This document shows, piece by piece, positions 1 through 13,154 of a stretch of 64,000 bases of DNA. Origin of the DNA: the human T2T-CHM13v2.0 reference genome, Homo sapiens; NCBI RefSeq assembly GCF_009914755.1, contig NC_060930.1; one strand, written 5' to 3'. The notes under the pieces are model-generated. The model was not told the DNA's origin. It worked only from the letters and a program-made list of their open reading frames with translations, and ran no database searches. A program made the position numbers and the translations under genes. Every line of letters begins with the position of its first letter. Positions within the stretch are counted from its first letter, which is position 1.

Positions 1-820
1 ATTTCTTTATGAGTTCTATGATTTCATTCCTCCTAGCCTGGAGAGTAACTCATTTGAGCAGCTGGGTGATTTCCTGTCTTCATGTTCAGCATGGCGGCAC
101 TTCATCCTAAATCATACTGACTCCACCCTCTTCAATTTAAAGCTCATGTTTCCTGACAGAGAATAAAAAGGCAAAATATGTTAAAGCAGTTTTACTTCTA
201 CTCTGTCATTAAGTTAGGCTGGTACCACCACTCCCAGACAGTGAACTAATTCTTTTCTTATTCTTCTTACTAAGCATATTAGACTATACTAGAAACTTTT
301 TCTAAGAGGCTTTTCTCTAATAAGGCTGCATTTTTGTGTGTTCACCTTTGGACATGTTCCCATCTCCATCTAACATCTCACTTGTTTTCTTCATGAATGA
401 TAAGATGCTCCTTTTTTATATTAATCAAGGCCATGGATTTTACCATCAGAACCACTTTTTTAATCCCCTCTCCCTATCCCCATCCTTCTTAGAGCCTTAT
501 CTATCAGGGTCCCAAGCATGAGGCCACATCTCTCTTCTCTGTAAAGAGGTATTGAAATATGTTTTTCAAATATTGAGGGCACAGGTTTGGTTATGCTTGC
601 TGTGATTTTAGACTCCAAGATGAGATGGTCATTTTGTCCTACAGTACTTTTGACTAAATGAACCTTCCTTATTAGCAAGAATTACAAACAGAGTAGCAGT
701 TTCCCTTGTTGCTTCCTTCAGTTTGTGAGGAATGAAATAGTTAACAGAACAAGTCAAGAATGTATCAGGTGATCTGCATCTGGACATAGATAAACCAAGT
801 ATGCAATCAGGTGCATTGTA
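1..820 (-). mobile_element. Probable ancient CR1/L3 LINE fragments
   Basis: Degenerate similarity to antisense L3 ORF2 (e.g. gaggaatgaaatagttaacagaacaagtcaagaatgtatcag near 728-770); boundaries approximate. Confidence 0.35.
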
Positions 821-978
821 GGTTTTTGGAAAATATCTGTTGAATTAATGAGTGAAGGAAAGAAGAAAGGAAGAAGAGTGTGCACGTTGTGTTTTCTTCC
901 TTAGTTGTATCGCCTGTGTACAATTGAAACACCATGAGGAGTGAGTCTGGAGAAATCCAACAATACATTTTAACTTAC

Positions 979-1035
979 CAGAAATAAATTTCTTATACAA
1001 TGAGTTAGATGAAAATGTATTTTCATCATTAGGCA
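979..1035 (-). pseudogene. Candidate exon E7 (57 nt, phase 1-1) of a putative minus-strand surface-glycoprotein gene or pseudogene
   Basis: On the minus strand: gttgtttttaaag|TGCCTAAT...ATTTCTG|gtaagtt; open frame xPNDENTFSSNSLYKKFISx. Confidence 0.4.
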
Positions 1036-2025
1036 CTTTAAAAACAACCCAAGTGGGTCAGATGTTGAATTCTGCCTCAGAGTTGCTATCTAAACCTTTA
1101 CTGGAAAGTCATTTGATAAACAAGGTGCAAATCGACTCCCTTTTTCCACCCCCTCAATGCCCACTCCTACCAACAAGTTTCACTTCCCTGACTTCATGAA
1201 AAACTGTCAATCTTTTTAAGATCCAGGTGAAAAATCCCACTTCTCCTATATCTAGTCTTTAACCCAATTACAGATCATCAATTTGGCACATGCAAGTAAC
1301 TACAGGAGGTTATGGGTAAGTAGATTGGGAGTAATAGATGGCAAGATTTTTTTGCTAGAGTGCTGAATTCAAGGGTTCTCTAGTGGAATAGTTCCTGAAA
1401 AAGTTAAGGGCAGTGAAGAGATATGAATAGCTAAATGCAAAGGACACTAGAATTCAATAAGTAAAGAAACACACAGTCTAGCATTCCAGCTTGTTCACAT
1501 AGCACCAAGGTGCCAGGATCATGTCAGAACTGGCATGGAAGAGAGTGAACCAGGCTTCAAAGTCATCAGTGAAGGCCAGGAGGTTTGTAGATGTCACCAA
1601 CTAGAAGGTATTAAATGACTGCTCCGTGGGAAGACATGAAGCCTCAAAGAATTGGGTTGATTTTGCCCAAGGGTAAAGGTGTAATAACCTGAAAGCAATC
1701 CTGGAGAATGAGAAGAACACAAACCTTTTCTTCCAACTACACATTAAGTTGAGCCTATGCTAGAGAGGAAGCCTGGTCCTCTGGAGAGAGCCAGCTTATG
1801 CAAATGGACAGATGACCAAAGGGCGGTGACAAATGTATTAGGGCTGTGAGGCAGGGAGGAATTACCTGTCCCCAAAGTTTCCAGCAGAATTAGTTGAGCA
1901 AACTGATGCCTGGGGGGAGTCAGGCCTTTCTGAAAATAATCAGTTGTGGCCTAGATTAATTGGGACTTCAAGAGGATCCTAGTACAGATGGACACAGTTG
2001 AGTTACTTAGTATATGAGAACTCAC

Positions 2026-2050
2026 CATATTGTAGAAACAGCAGCAGTCT
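2026..2050 (-). pseudogene. Candidate exon E6 (25 nt, frame-shifting)
   Basis: cttctcttctaacag|AGACTGCTGCTGTTTCTACAATATG|gtgagt; strong acceptor and donor; reads xTAAVSTIx in phase 1. Confidence 0.4.
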
Positions 2051-2428
2051 CTGTTAGAAGAGAAGCCTGTTTCAAAACAGTCTAGAGGAGAACATAGAAT
2101 CTAGAGAGACCATGTAACCTGAGATTATGCCACCAGTAAATGGCAGCACAAAGGCTGAGACCCCTGTGTTTTCAGTCTAAATCCAGTGCTATTTCTCCTA
2201 TAGCGTATAATCTCTTTCTTATAGTGCCCTTCTTCTACTCACTCCTGATTTTTCCTCACATAGAGAAACCACTGGCTTGTCCATCCCTCTCCCTTACCCT
2301 CCTCCCACTTCTGCTGTCCACTCAAAGGGTGAAATTAGGCCCCTGAATATTGCTATTTCAGATATCTCATCACTTCCTATTTTAGGGAAGTGGGGTGAAA
2401 ATAATTATCAAAATGCATATCCACTTAC

Positions 2429-2482
2429 AAGTTGGTCCATTTATCTTAGAGATTGTATATACCATGGTAATTTCAGAAAAAC
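2429..2482 (-). pseudogene. Candidate exon E5 (54 nt, phase 1-1)
   Basis: tattttcaacttcag|GTTTTTCT...CCAACTT|gtaagtg; open frame xFSEITMVYTISKINGPTx. Confidence 0.42.
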
Positions 2483-2526
2483 CTGAAGTTGAAAATATAT
2501 ATATGGTGGTTAAAAATGTAACTTAC

Positions 2527-2596
2527 ACTGAGTTTTTTCCAAGATTTGTCCCATTGTGTTTGTTGTTGTTGCTATTTTGTTTGTTCTTAGTAAACT
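2527..2596 (-). pseudogene. Candidate exon E4 (70 nt, frame-shifting)
   Basis: ctttcttttttcttccag|AGTTTACT...ACTCAGT|gtaagtt; near-consensus splice sites; two open frames (FTKNKQNSNNNKHNGTNLGKNS or SLLRTNKIATTTNTMGQILEKTQ); only 44 nt separate it from E5. Confidence 0.42.
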
Positions 2597-3530
2597 CTGG
2601 AAGAAAAAAGAAAGTTCCACAAATATGCATAGGAGGAAAGAAGAAGCCCTTAAGGAGGGCTCACTCAGCCATCAGAAAGGTAAGGTCTTCCAAGGCTGCC
2701 TCTCTAACCCACTTTTGCCCTCTGCTGGGGGTGCCCAGGCACATGCCTCTCCCTGTGTGGGCAAAAGGAGGGAATGTGTCTGAGGATGAGGAAAGGAGTC
2801 CCTTTTGATGGCCGCCTTTCAATATGAAGACCACATGCAAAGAGAAATTTGATCAAAATGAAGAATGACAATGAGGAATAGGATAGCATATGTCCTGTCC
2901 CACCTAAGAGGAAACTATGGGAGGAAAATATGTGTTTCCTAGCCTTCCCTCGCCAAAAAAAGAGATCCAAAATCCATAATTATTAAATGGGATTGATTTG
3001 ATTGGAAATTATGAATTGCAACTAGTTTTCTTTATTGTTTATGCTTTTAAAATACTAGCACCTTTTAAAAGGCATTTAGAAACTTTTTACCTTTAAATAA
3101 AAAGAAAAAAATAGGGGCTAGAAAACAAATTATATTAGGAGATGGCATTTATATACAAAAATAAAATAACTACATACAGAAGGCATGATTTACCTCTTCT
3201 CAGAAGCTAAAAGCCATGGCTACTTGACTCTCACGCAAAAATTCTATATTAAAATAGTAAGGAAATAGCGGTATATGGATTTTACTACTATGGATGTTCA
3301 AAAGCAATTTTCACTTTGTTATAACTTCATTTTTAATACATATATTTTCCCAAAATTACCCAGGAGAGCTGTCCTTACTCTGTGCTAGACACATTCAAAG
3401 TTGAAATGCAAAGTTCACCAATTTTGAGTCCAGGTTTTGGGGAAAGGAGGAGAGTGGAGATTTTGAAATTGCTTTTGTAGCAGAAAAGCGTGCATTTTTA
3501 AAATTTCACTTGACCATGTTCTTTCTTCAC

Positions 3531-3594
3531 CAGCCTGCCCACAGTCTCCCACTAAAATTGAGTTCAGACCAATTAGAACAGCTGCAACATGATT
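3531..3594 (-). pseudogene. Candidate exon E3 (64 nt, phase 0-1), signal-peptide-like
   Basis: catctttcctttgcttag|AATCATGTT...CAGGCTG|gtgaag (weak donor); reads NHVAAVLIGLNSILVGDCGQA with a hydrophobic core. Confidence 0.38.
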
Positions 3595-4595
3595 CTAAGC
3601 AAAGGAAAGATGATCTTTTAACAGAAGTGAAGGAATTGACACTCATTCTATACTGTGAGCTTGAAGAATTCAGCCAATCTTTTGGTATTCCTGATTATCT
3701 CTAAAGTTTAATTTTTCATTAAATGGAGAGAAAATAACTTCTTTCTTCCTTCCTTCCTTTGTTTCTTCCTTTAAAACTATTCTCTTACTTCTTCTTTCCC
3801 TTGCTTCCCACTTTCTGGCTCTCCCCTGCATCTCGGCAAGAGAAGAGTTTTCTTCCAGAAAGCACATTTTCACACACAATAGAAAAGTAGACCAAGAGAG
3901 AATACCCAATCACCCAGCAGGCCAGAATCTACACGCATACATACACACGCCTACACATACAAAAGACACTGAAATACTCATCAAGATCAGAACAGGAAAA
4001 TAAAAAGTCCTAGTGTTTTCTGACATTTACATCTTAAATGAATGATCTAAACAACCACATCTCCGCTAAAAGGCATTCTCTTCACTTTGCTGAGGAATCA
4101 TCCAATACTCAAGTGAATAGCCTAGCCTAGAGCTGTGCCAGGGGATTTAGCAAGTTTGCCAAAGAATTGCCCCGCACACCAGCTGCTAAAGATAGCAGCC
4201 CCTCAGTGCCACCACAAATTGACATACTCTAGTCCCCGAAGTCATTAGACTGACTGGCTAAGTGATGAGTGTTACCTAATACACTATAATTTTGATTTAT
4301 ATTTAAAAATTAACAATGCAAATTAAAAAAATGCAAAAGGTCGAATTTAAAAATTATTTATGAATACTGGCTATAAGAGTGTGGATATTCCCTGTATCTT
4401 TTCATAACTTCCACTTCAAAAGTACTTCATACAGCTATAAAGGAGGAAATGGGTTTTGCCATGTTTGTGGTCTCTAGAAACTAGAATAATGAGAGTTGGG
4501 GTATTTAGGGTGTGGGAGGAGGAAAGCAAATCTCAGATTATATCAGTAACATTTGTTTTAGACTCTGGGTCTTTTATATGGTATTTCCTGCTTAC

Positions 4596-4613
4596 CTTTT
4601 GAGATTTAGGTGA
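4596..4613 (-). pseudogene. Candidate micro-exon E2 (18 nt, phase 0-0)
   Basis: tttaatgctcctaacag|TCACCTAAATCTCAAAAG|gtaagc; reads SPKSQK. Confidence 0.3.
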
Positions 4614-5234
4614 CTGTTAGGAGCATTAAACATTAAAATGAGCTTTTAAAATGCATGTGAGATAGACACAAGCAACCCTTTATGTTTTATGTAGGATATG
4701 TATAGCACATTCAGATTATCTATTATAATATCCACACATGCAATTTGGTTATAAAAATATTCAATACAGGCAGTTTTGGAATTATCACTTATGTGCAGCC
4801 TTATTCTCCTTTCCTTGGGGGTGAGAGGTAAGAGAGATAAAAGAACAAGCTTCCCCAGACCTCAAAGGAAGACACCCCCTCTGTATTCTTGAAGGAGGAC
4901 GGTCTCTCCAACCTAAACCCAAGCTTTACTGGAACCCAGCTCTGCAGAAGCTGCTTCTATTTTCCCTGGTATGTAACAGGTTCTAGGGAAGAGCTAAGAT
5001 AGGACAAAGTCAAGGAATTTTCAGGCATATACAATCCATCATAGATAGTGGCAGGAAGAAAGGTGAAGAAATGAAGAAAGGACTTTCTCTCTGTGTGTGT
5101 TCATCAGCAAATAAAGACTGAAAAAATGTATGGTGATCTGAGATCGGGAATGGAACAAAAGGATATATAGCATGTGACACTGACCCATAGGACTAACTCA
5201 CTGAATGTCTTTAAAATACACATTTGCAATTATA

Positions 5235-5370
5235 TTTAGAAGAACCCTGTGAGGTAAGTGGAATTTTCCACATTTTACAGATAAGAAAACCGAGGTAAAG
5301 GCAGGTCTTACACAGGCAAAGTGAAATTTGGAATTTGAGCCTGTCTGTTTCCAAAGTCCCCAACCATTCC
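5235..5370 (-). mobile_element. MIR SINE fragment
   Basis: MIR core aaccctgtgaggtaag...cattttacagataagaaaaccgagg. Confidence 0.75.
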
Positions 5371-7819
5371 CCTCTACCCTGCTTTAAATTCCCCTTAAAA
5401 CAGAAGGGTGGATGGAAGAGTAGAGTTAAGCTTTCTGCATTGATCTGGTCATAGTCTTTGAGGGTGACACTTAGAATCTGCAGTTTAGAAAGAAACTCGT
5501 GAGCATGTTTAAGGAGAACAGTGACCTGCCCAAATTCAAAGCCGAGAAGAGAACCCAGATGTGACTCTTGGAAGGACAAAGGGACCACCAACAGAACTGT
5601 GGATCTAGTGAGGAGGAATAAAATGCAGACCAGGCAGAGCAGACCCAAGGCCCACTATGCTTGTCTGAAAGAGACTGTAAGAGCCTGAGGACTATTGTTA
5701 GGTTGAGCAAATCAATAAGCCAAAGTGACATTTCAAAGATTATACCAAAGATTTAGCCAAATGAATGATATGGAAACATTTTCTGTTGTTTGAGGAATAT
5801 GATTATACACAGCATGGTTTTCAAAAAAAAAAAAAAGATCCAATTTGTCTAATCTGTGTTTAAATTAAGTGGAAATATATTTGTATCTCTGCATCTCAAA
5901 AAATGACAGTCACACCTATGGTTCATTATTATAGCCTGCCACGATCTTCCTTTATTTTGGATTCAGTAATTTATAATATGTAATGTTACCCAAGATAAAC
6001 AAAAAAGTTGTAAATGTATCAGCCAAGGCATGGCTTAAATCAGGGATTAAAAACACAAATGCTTTCGTGGGCTAGGGAGGTAACCTAACTGGGTGACGTG
6101 GGATGGGTGTATGCTAAGGAGTAGTGGGGACTGCTGCAAACAGGAGAGAGGAGAAGAGGGAAGAACTACTAGGATTATGCCAACAGCTTCTGGTGGAAAG
6201 AACAGCCTAGGATTGCTAGGCCTTCCAATTCGGAAGGAAAAGCTGGGCATTTACATTTTTATGTGAAGTACTCTGATTTTAAACACCGTGCAAGCCAAGT
6301 GAAATATGTCTAACCTAAAGAAAAAGAAGGCAATGACCTTGTCTTAAAAACAGACTGTGTCTGAGAAACAAGGTATGTAAGGGTATTTTGGAGCAAAGGG
6401 TGACATGCTGAGGTTAGAGCTATGGGAAGACAACCTAGGAAGTGACAATGGATTTGTCACAGGTGTCAGTGAGGCATGTCGAGTTTGAATTTTAAAGATT
6501 GCAGAAGATGTGCATTTGTTCCTGCTGGAATTGTATAGATAGGTCTATTTTTTTAATTGACTAGTTGGGGTGGCATGCTTTGATAACTTCAGATTTTGAA
6601 GTGAGATCAAATGAGAGAAACTACTCTGTGCCAGGAAATGAAAAGATCCATTTTGGTCTATGGGTCTTTTGAGAAATAGCTATGCAAACACTGTGTCTAT
6701 CTGTCATAAAAGGGTTGTGTAATTAACATATGCAAAACACCACCACCGTCCTGCTGGAAGCTAACTTCCCTCCCTGGAAATCCAGCCTCTATTTATTTAC
6801 AACAAAATAAAGTGGACCCTTCTGGAAAGAAACACAGCTCCATGGCAGCCTGAACACTGTCGCAGCAATGCTTTAAATCTTTTATATCTCCCATACCTCC
6901 GGGGGCTGGTGCTGGATGGTATTGAGCCAGGGCCCATAAATAATTTATGCTAAGTAGCAATTTAGTTGTTTGGCTTGAGGTAAAGAAATCCAAGAAATTC
7001 ATAAATAAAGTTCCCATTTTTGCTTGTGTTCCAAAGTTAATTTATGTTACTCTGCAATTAACTAACATAAAGGTGAAAAAATATGACAGGCCTAAGGTAG
7101 AAACTCATGCTCATAAATCTGCTCTCTCTTAACTAGTGGTAGTTTAGTGATAGTCACCTAGTTCCCTCTTTCTTGTGCTATTGAACAAAAAGTTTTTCTT
7201 GATCTGATTTCCTGCTGCCTTATCAATCCATAAAAGTATTACAATTGTTTTGAATGGACCCCTGGGTGTGAGGAGGAAGAAAGGATGATGGGATCTGGGA
7301 CAGCTACAAATGGAGCTTCTGCTATATCTAAAATATTTTATTACCTTATAAAATATCTGAATCAAATATGACAAATGCAAACAGCTGTTTGCTCAAAGGA
7401 GAGAATTACAGAACCTGAGGACTGGCAGCAGGATGGCCAGCATTGCTGCCATAAGCAGGGGTAGGTGTGTTGGGGGGCAGGAGGAGCATTCCAGAAAATG
7501 TGAAGAGCAAGGAGCAATTGTGCAGACACGAGCAGCATGGCCCTCATTCAGGCACAGAATCCAGGAAGGCCCTAGATTCCCACAGTAAAACATCAGCTGG
7601 CATCCTGAGCATATGGCTCTGCTTTCAGCCAACAACGCAGAATACTTCCTTTTCAGGTTCTCACTAGCAACCTCAGCCTGCAATTTTCTGCTATTTATTT
7701 GCTCTCCAAGGTCTGAGACAGCTGATATTTGAGATGGTTTCTCTGTGACATGTGAACCCTGAAGATCTTCCAAGCTTTATTCATGTAACAAGACTGAAGA
7801 AAGCTACATATCTATGTCC

Positions 7820-8425
7820 CATTTATTATTTATTCTTTAAATGTATTTATTAAATACCTACTATGTGCCAGGAGAAAAGGTGCCAGAGATAATGCAGACC
7901 TTAAGATGAACAAACTGTTCCTGTACTTAATCAGTTTATGGACTAAGGGAAGAGAGGAGGGAGACAGAGAGGAGTAAACCCACAGTTTTGATAATGTGTT
8001 AAGTGTTATGATAAAGTATGCACAAGGGATCAAGGAAACAGCAAGAGGCAGAACAGACCTACCTGGGAGAAGTTGGAACAAGGGAAGATTTTAGAGAAAG
8101 ACAAGTTTGAGTGAACCTTGAAGGGTGAAGACTTAGGCAGGTGGATACGTTGAGGGAAGTAAAGGTGTTCCAAAGGCTGGAGGAAGGGGTGAGCATGACT
8201 CACTTAGGCACTACAAGAGTTTAATGTGATAGTACATAGGGTATGGCCCGTGAAGGTGCAGATGAGCCTGGAGAGGGAGGCATGAAAACGAACAGGGAGC
8301 AAGTGCTACTTAGATTTCATGTCAAAGACAATGGGAGCTGAGGAAGGGTTTTAAGCAAAAGATTGGCATAATCAGATTTGTGGGAATGAAAGATCTTTCT
8401 ACCAGTAAAATGATGGATGGATTGA
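7820..8425 (-). mobile_element. L2 LINE 3' fragment
   Basis: tatttattaaatacctactatgtgccagg terminus, plus the downstream L2 motif gggagctgaggaagggttttaagca. Confidence 0.75.
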
Positions 8426-8789
8426 ATATAAACAAATTACCCTCAAAGCTCACAGCCAGAGTGTTTTACCTCCTAGTGACAAAGTGTTCTTCCTTCCTTT
8501 GAACAATGGAAGTTGTGCAAATGGTGAAGATGTTTTTCTCTTTGCACTGGTGACTAACGGTCTGCAAACAAGTTATTTAGTCAATCGCCACAGCTTTTTT
8601 TCAGTCAGATTATCATCAGATTTGGCCTTCTTTCTTCCTTTTTACTTCTTGGATCTAATTTTTTAACAGGTTAATTTTTTTCTTCTTCTTCTTATAATAG
8701 TGCTTTAATTTTAAGGCTGCTCAAATTGAATAGAAGATAAGTAAATCATTTTTAAATTAATACTTATAGGCACCCTCTATTATATGTAA

Positions 8790-11070
8790 TGGTTTGATCT
8801 ACTCTTCTAAAATATTACTAAAAGATACAGCAGGAATAAACGTGGAACACATGAGTAGGAAAGATGATGGGAGAGGAGACAATAAAGGACTAGATGTCAA
8901 TGAAGTTGGGAAGATGAAAAGCACATCAAGAGGAAAGTGACCTGGACAAGTGGAGGAAGCAAAACGAAACTGGAGTTGAAGAGGGAAATGTCTGTGAGAA
9001 GCAAGGAGGTTTTTCTTCATTTAAACCAGAATATCTGAGGATTTTTGAGGTACCAGATACTGAGGAAGAATAAAGATAAGGGCACAGATTCAGATTTGCA
9101 TAATAGACATAGAGACCTCAGGGTCCCTGAACAGCTAGACTCCTCATCTACTCTGTGGGAGACTGGAATTTTATTATTTACAGAAACTGTCCCTGAGATG
9201 GTCTGGACTCAGAAATATCAGGCACAATGAAAAGCAGGAGCAAAACGTCATGTAAGAAAATGAAAAGAGTATACAAAAATATGAATCCTAAAAGGTAAAG
9301 TCTCCATCCCACTTCTTTTCCACTATTCTATCAGCAGCCAGATATAAAACCATCTCCCCAAGGATTTAAACAATTTTCTTTCAAGAAGCAAAGAGCCTGA
9401 GAAAAAGGCCTAGAGAACTCATGTTTGGGGCTTCCACATGTAACAAAAACCTATTTGCCCAACATTAAAGAAACATTATCACTCAACATTAAAGAAAATA
9501 AGCTCACTCACACATGTGCAGTCACTTATCAGCTCTTTAGCCTTGGTTTTAAATATCTGAGAAAGCCAAGGATCACTAAACATTTGAGGAATTCTCCAAA
9601 ATGAAATAAAGGGGCCAGAACACATCAACAGAAAAGAAGCATTCAGAAGAGCCAGAGTCAGTATAGGAAGAAGAAAGGCTACCTTAAAACCTATAATTAA
9701 TATATGTAAACAAAAAAGAATAAATATGCATTTATGAAATACAAATAGGATGTTATTTTTATGGGAAAAATCAGAGAATATGAAAATGATTTTGGAAATT
9801 AAATATGTGGATGAAGAAATTCGAAATACAATTGAATGGACAGAAGATAAAGTTGAGAACATCCTGCAGAGAATAGACAAACACACAAGCAAAAGAAGAG
9901 CTGTGCAATGGAAAAAGTGAGATAAGGAAAGACTTTTGACAATCAATTCATTAACTTCAACATTGGAAACTAGGAGTTCCAGAAAGAGAAGTTTCAGAAA
10001 GAGATGAAATAGAAGAAAAGTACGAGGAAATTTTTCCAACACAGGGACAGGACATCGAGATTAAAGGGGCCTGATTTCTGCTCAGTTCTCTGAATAGAAA
10101 GGATGCAACCAGGGCACATAATCACATATTTTCAAAACAATGGGAACAAAGAGAAGATCCTAAAATCTTCTGGCGAGAGATAGGACCTGTTCTTGAGATG
10201 GTACACTTACAAAGACTCAGTCATCTGACTCACATCTGACTTTCAATATCACCATTAATGGCCCCAAGGGATTGACACATTGCCTTCAGAATTCAGAATG
10301 AAATTATTTTCATTCTAGAATTGTATGCCCAGTCAAACTGCTAAGGAAGTATGAGAGCAGAATAAAGGAGATTTCAAGTATGCAGCTCTAAAACTTTTAC
10401 TCTTTTTCAGGCAGGGACTGAAGTAAGTATTCCACAAAAATTAAGAATATCTTTATGAAACGGAGATATTGGAGCCAAGAAAGAGAGAAGTAATACAGGA
10501 GACCTGTGAAGGGGTTTTTCGAAGAACAGTCTAGCTTGGAGCAAGAAACAGGATGACTGACAAATACAGAGATGTAATTGAAAGACAATATGTTTGAGGG
10601 TTTTGGAACAATTATTGCGAGGCATTTGATTCATCTATTAAAGCATTGGGGAAATGGGGATAAGTATGTATAAAACTAAACAAACTATTAAAATGAAGTA
10701 ATTATTAACTCCAGGAATAACAAAGGGTCATTTGAGGGAAAAAAATATCAGAGCACTCTAATGGCCCAAATGTAAACATGCATGTAGTCATTGTAATGTA
10801 AACACTGTTTCTATTTAACAAAAGATTTCAATACAACTAAATTAGAGGGAGGTAGAAGAGAAAATTGTGATAGTGGTGAGGGATAAAAGATATAAAGAAG
10901 GTAAAGTCTCCACTGCAAAACTGGGAAATAAATAAATGATGTCTAAAATCAAGAAAGTGGTATAAACACATGTAGATAAATATCAGAAGAAGCATCTGCA
11001 AGGGTTACAAGTTGTTGGCTTTCTGGCATGAAGCCATGAGAAAAACATCAGGGCAAGACACAATGTTTTT
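8790..11070 (+). mobile_element. HAL1 (half-L1, ORF1-only LINE), near full length and decayed
   Basis: L1 ORF1-like remnant (gaagataaagttgagaacatcctgcag; ctagaattgtatgcccagtcaaactg) followed directly by a HAL1-type 3' region (tagtcattgtaatgtaaacactg...aactaaattagagggagg) with no ORF2. Confidence 0.65.
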
Positions 11071-11689
11071 GTTTTTTTTTTTTTCTTTAAACACAGAAAG
11101 CTATAAAGATGGAATAAACCAATTATCTATATTTACTACACGTAATATTAATTACTGTTAATATGTAGCCTTATTTTCTTCCAGATTTTTTTCAGGGGGG
11201 ATATGGGTAGTAAACTTTAAAGTTTTCCTTAGTTGTCATTTTTTAAAGAATGGTAATGCTCATTAAATGTACTTAATGCAGAAATATACAAAGAAGTAAA
11301 TAAAAAGCCACTTCCAAATTCTACCGTCCAAAAATTACTGCCATTACACTAGGTAAAAACAATTTCAGATGTTATCATATAGCTATAAACAGATAAGGAC
11401 GAAAATAACAATTAGGTAGATAGATAGAGATTGATCATATTGCTTTTCACTAAAATGAGATTATATTAGCTACTATTTTTAATAACAAAGTATTAAATTT
11501 AATTTTACTTTAATAGTAAAAAGAAAAACTGAAGCAAAATGAAAGAAATTGTTGATTTTCAAATAAGTGATTCCTCACCATGAGACGTAGAACTCTCTAA
11601 GCTTGAAAGGGTGTGAGGGGGGATATGAAAAAACAGTAAGAGTTGGAGTCATTACTGTTTTATTACATATTTCAATATTAGACAATATC

Positions 11690-12325
11690 AGTAGCCTCCT
11701 GCTTAGAAATCTGAGAATATCTTCCTTGCCCACACTTTTTCATTATCTTTACACTACTAATTTTACATTGTTCTGATTAATAATATTCACATTTTGTTCT
11801 ATAGCAATAATTCCCTCAGTTGTTTAGTCTTAATTCTATATTTAAATGGATTCAGACACCATCAGTCCTTTTTATGTCAGCTTCTCAATTCCCAAGTTCT
11901 TTATTTTGATTTATCTCTTAATTAGCTAGAATTCATTGTCAAGCATTTTTTCAAGGACTTAAGAGTGCCATATTCCATGAATTCTTTTATGTTTGAGAAT
12001 GTCTGCTTGTTGCCTTTTTCTCTACTGACATCTTAGCTTTCTTTCTTTCCTATAAAACTTTGTAGAAATAGCACCAATTGTATCTGGCATTGAACTCTGC
12101 TGTGGAGAAATCTGAGAACTGGCTGCTTTCTAAGCCATAGTAGGTGATCAGCTTCACATACTTATATGTATAAAGAATTTGTTTTTTAATCCTGGAACTT
12201 CAGTACCTCAATTATGATATGTGTCTATGTTGAATATTCCACATAAAAATTCCTAGGGTATTGTGCATGCTTTCAATCTCAATGTTAATTTTTTTCTTTA
12301 CCAAAGAGAAATTTGTGTGTATTAT
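11690..12325 (-). mobile_element. Ancient L1M/HAL1-type ORF1-end fragment
   Basis: Antisense L1M motifs (ttgaactctgctgtggagaaatctgag; atgtttgagaatgtctgcttgttgcc). Confidence 0.6.
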
Positions 12326-12328
12326 ATG

Positions 12329-13020
12329 CATTCATTCAAATATTTATTAAGTATCTGTGCACCAGGAACTAGACTGTTGGATATATTATTGCACAAAACA
12401 GACTAGAAAAACACTTGTAGCTTGTTCACAAAGGTGTAGAGGAAGGAGAAGAAGTAAACGAGAAACATAAGAAAGAGGTAATTACACATGACATAATGTG
12501 ATAGAAGGTGCCAAGTGCTATGAGGGAAAAAGGAAAAGCAGAAGAGTCTAAGGAAGACTGGGGTTGGGAAGTGGGAGAGTAGAAAGCGAGGCAATCATGA
12601 AAGACATCCTTAAAAGGTGATATTTGAGCAATTAATTAAAGGAGTGAAGAAATGAGCCATGAACAGCTCTAGGGGAAGAGTGTTAGAGCCAGAGGGAGCA
12701 GCCAATGCAATCGCCTTAAGGTTAGAGCACACCAGTTTGTTTGAGAAATAATAAAAGTAAGGAGTTTGAGTGCTGGACTAGAGAGGGAAGCAAATAGTTG
12801 TGTATGTTAAGATCATGGAGGTAATGGTGGCCAGATATTCAAGGTGTTGTAGGTCATTGAAAGGTTTTACCTCTGAGTTTCATGGTTTTAGCCAAAGGCA
12901 TGATCTGACTAAAATTTTTAAAGAATTATTTTGGCCATTGTGTTGAGTGTTGAGTGTATGTGGACAACAGTAAGAGCAGGGAGACCAATTAGGAGGCTAT
13001 TGCAATAACATAGGTAAGAG
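12329..13020 (-). mobile_element. L2 LINE 3' fragment
   Basis: cattcattcaaatatttattaag terminus; gcagggagaccaattaggaggctattgcaataa motif. Confidence 0.8.
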
Positions 13021-13154
13021 ATTTTTGTTATGTATTTGTGTTGTTTCTAGGTATTAGGGGAAATGTTCTGTGAAAAAGCCATCCAAAGCCAAATGTATGT
13101 ATATTTTTTTAACTAAGTATATATGTCACTTTTCTAAAAATAAAAATAAAATAA

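Noticed and set aside
100-170. Good minus-strand acceptor (ctttttattctctgtcag) as a possible next exon
   Set aside because: The phase-1 frame stops after 12 codons, there is no strong donor, and it lies in a probable CR1/L3 relic.
2395-2808. 137-aa plus-strand ORF with a hydrophobic stretch followed by a basic patch
   Set aside because: Starts at GTG and has no recognisable homology; the hydrophobic run is the antisense of the A/C-rich candidate exon E4, and the splice signals favour the minus strand.
3190-3400. Two further possible minus-strand micro-exons (13 nt and 6 nt)
   Set aside because: Weak splice context and too short to tell from chance.
9479-10042. Longest ORF in the window (187 aa, hydrophobic)
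   Set aside because: Antisense reading of the A-rich HAL1/L1 ORF1 remnant; the hydrophobicity is a compositional artefact.
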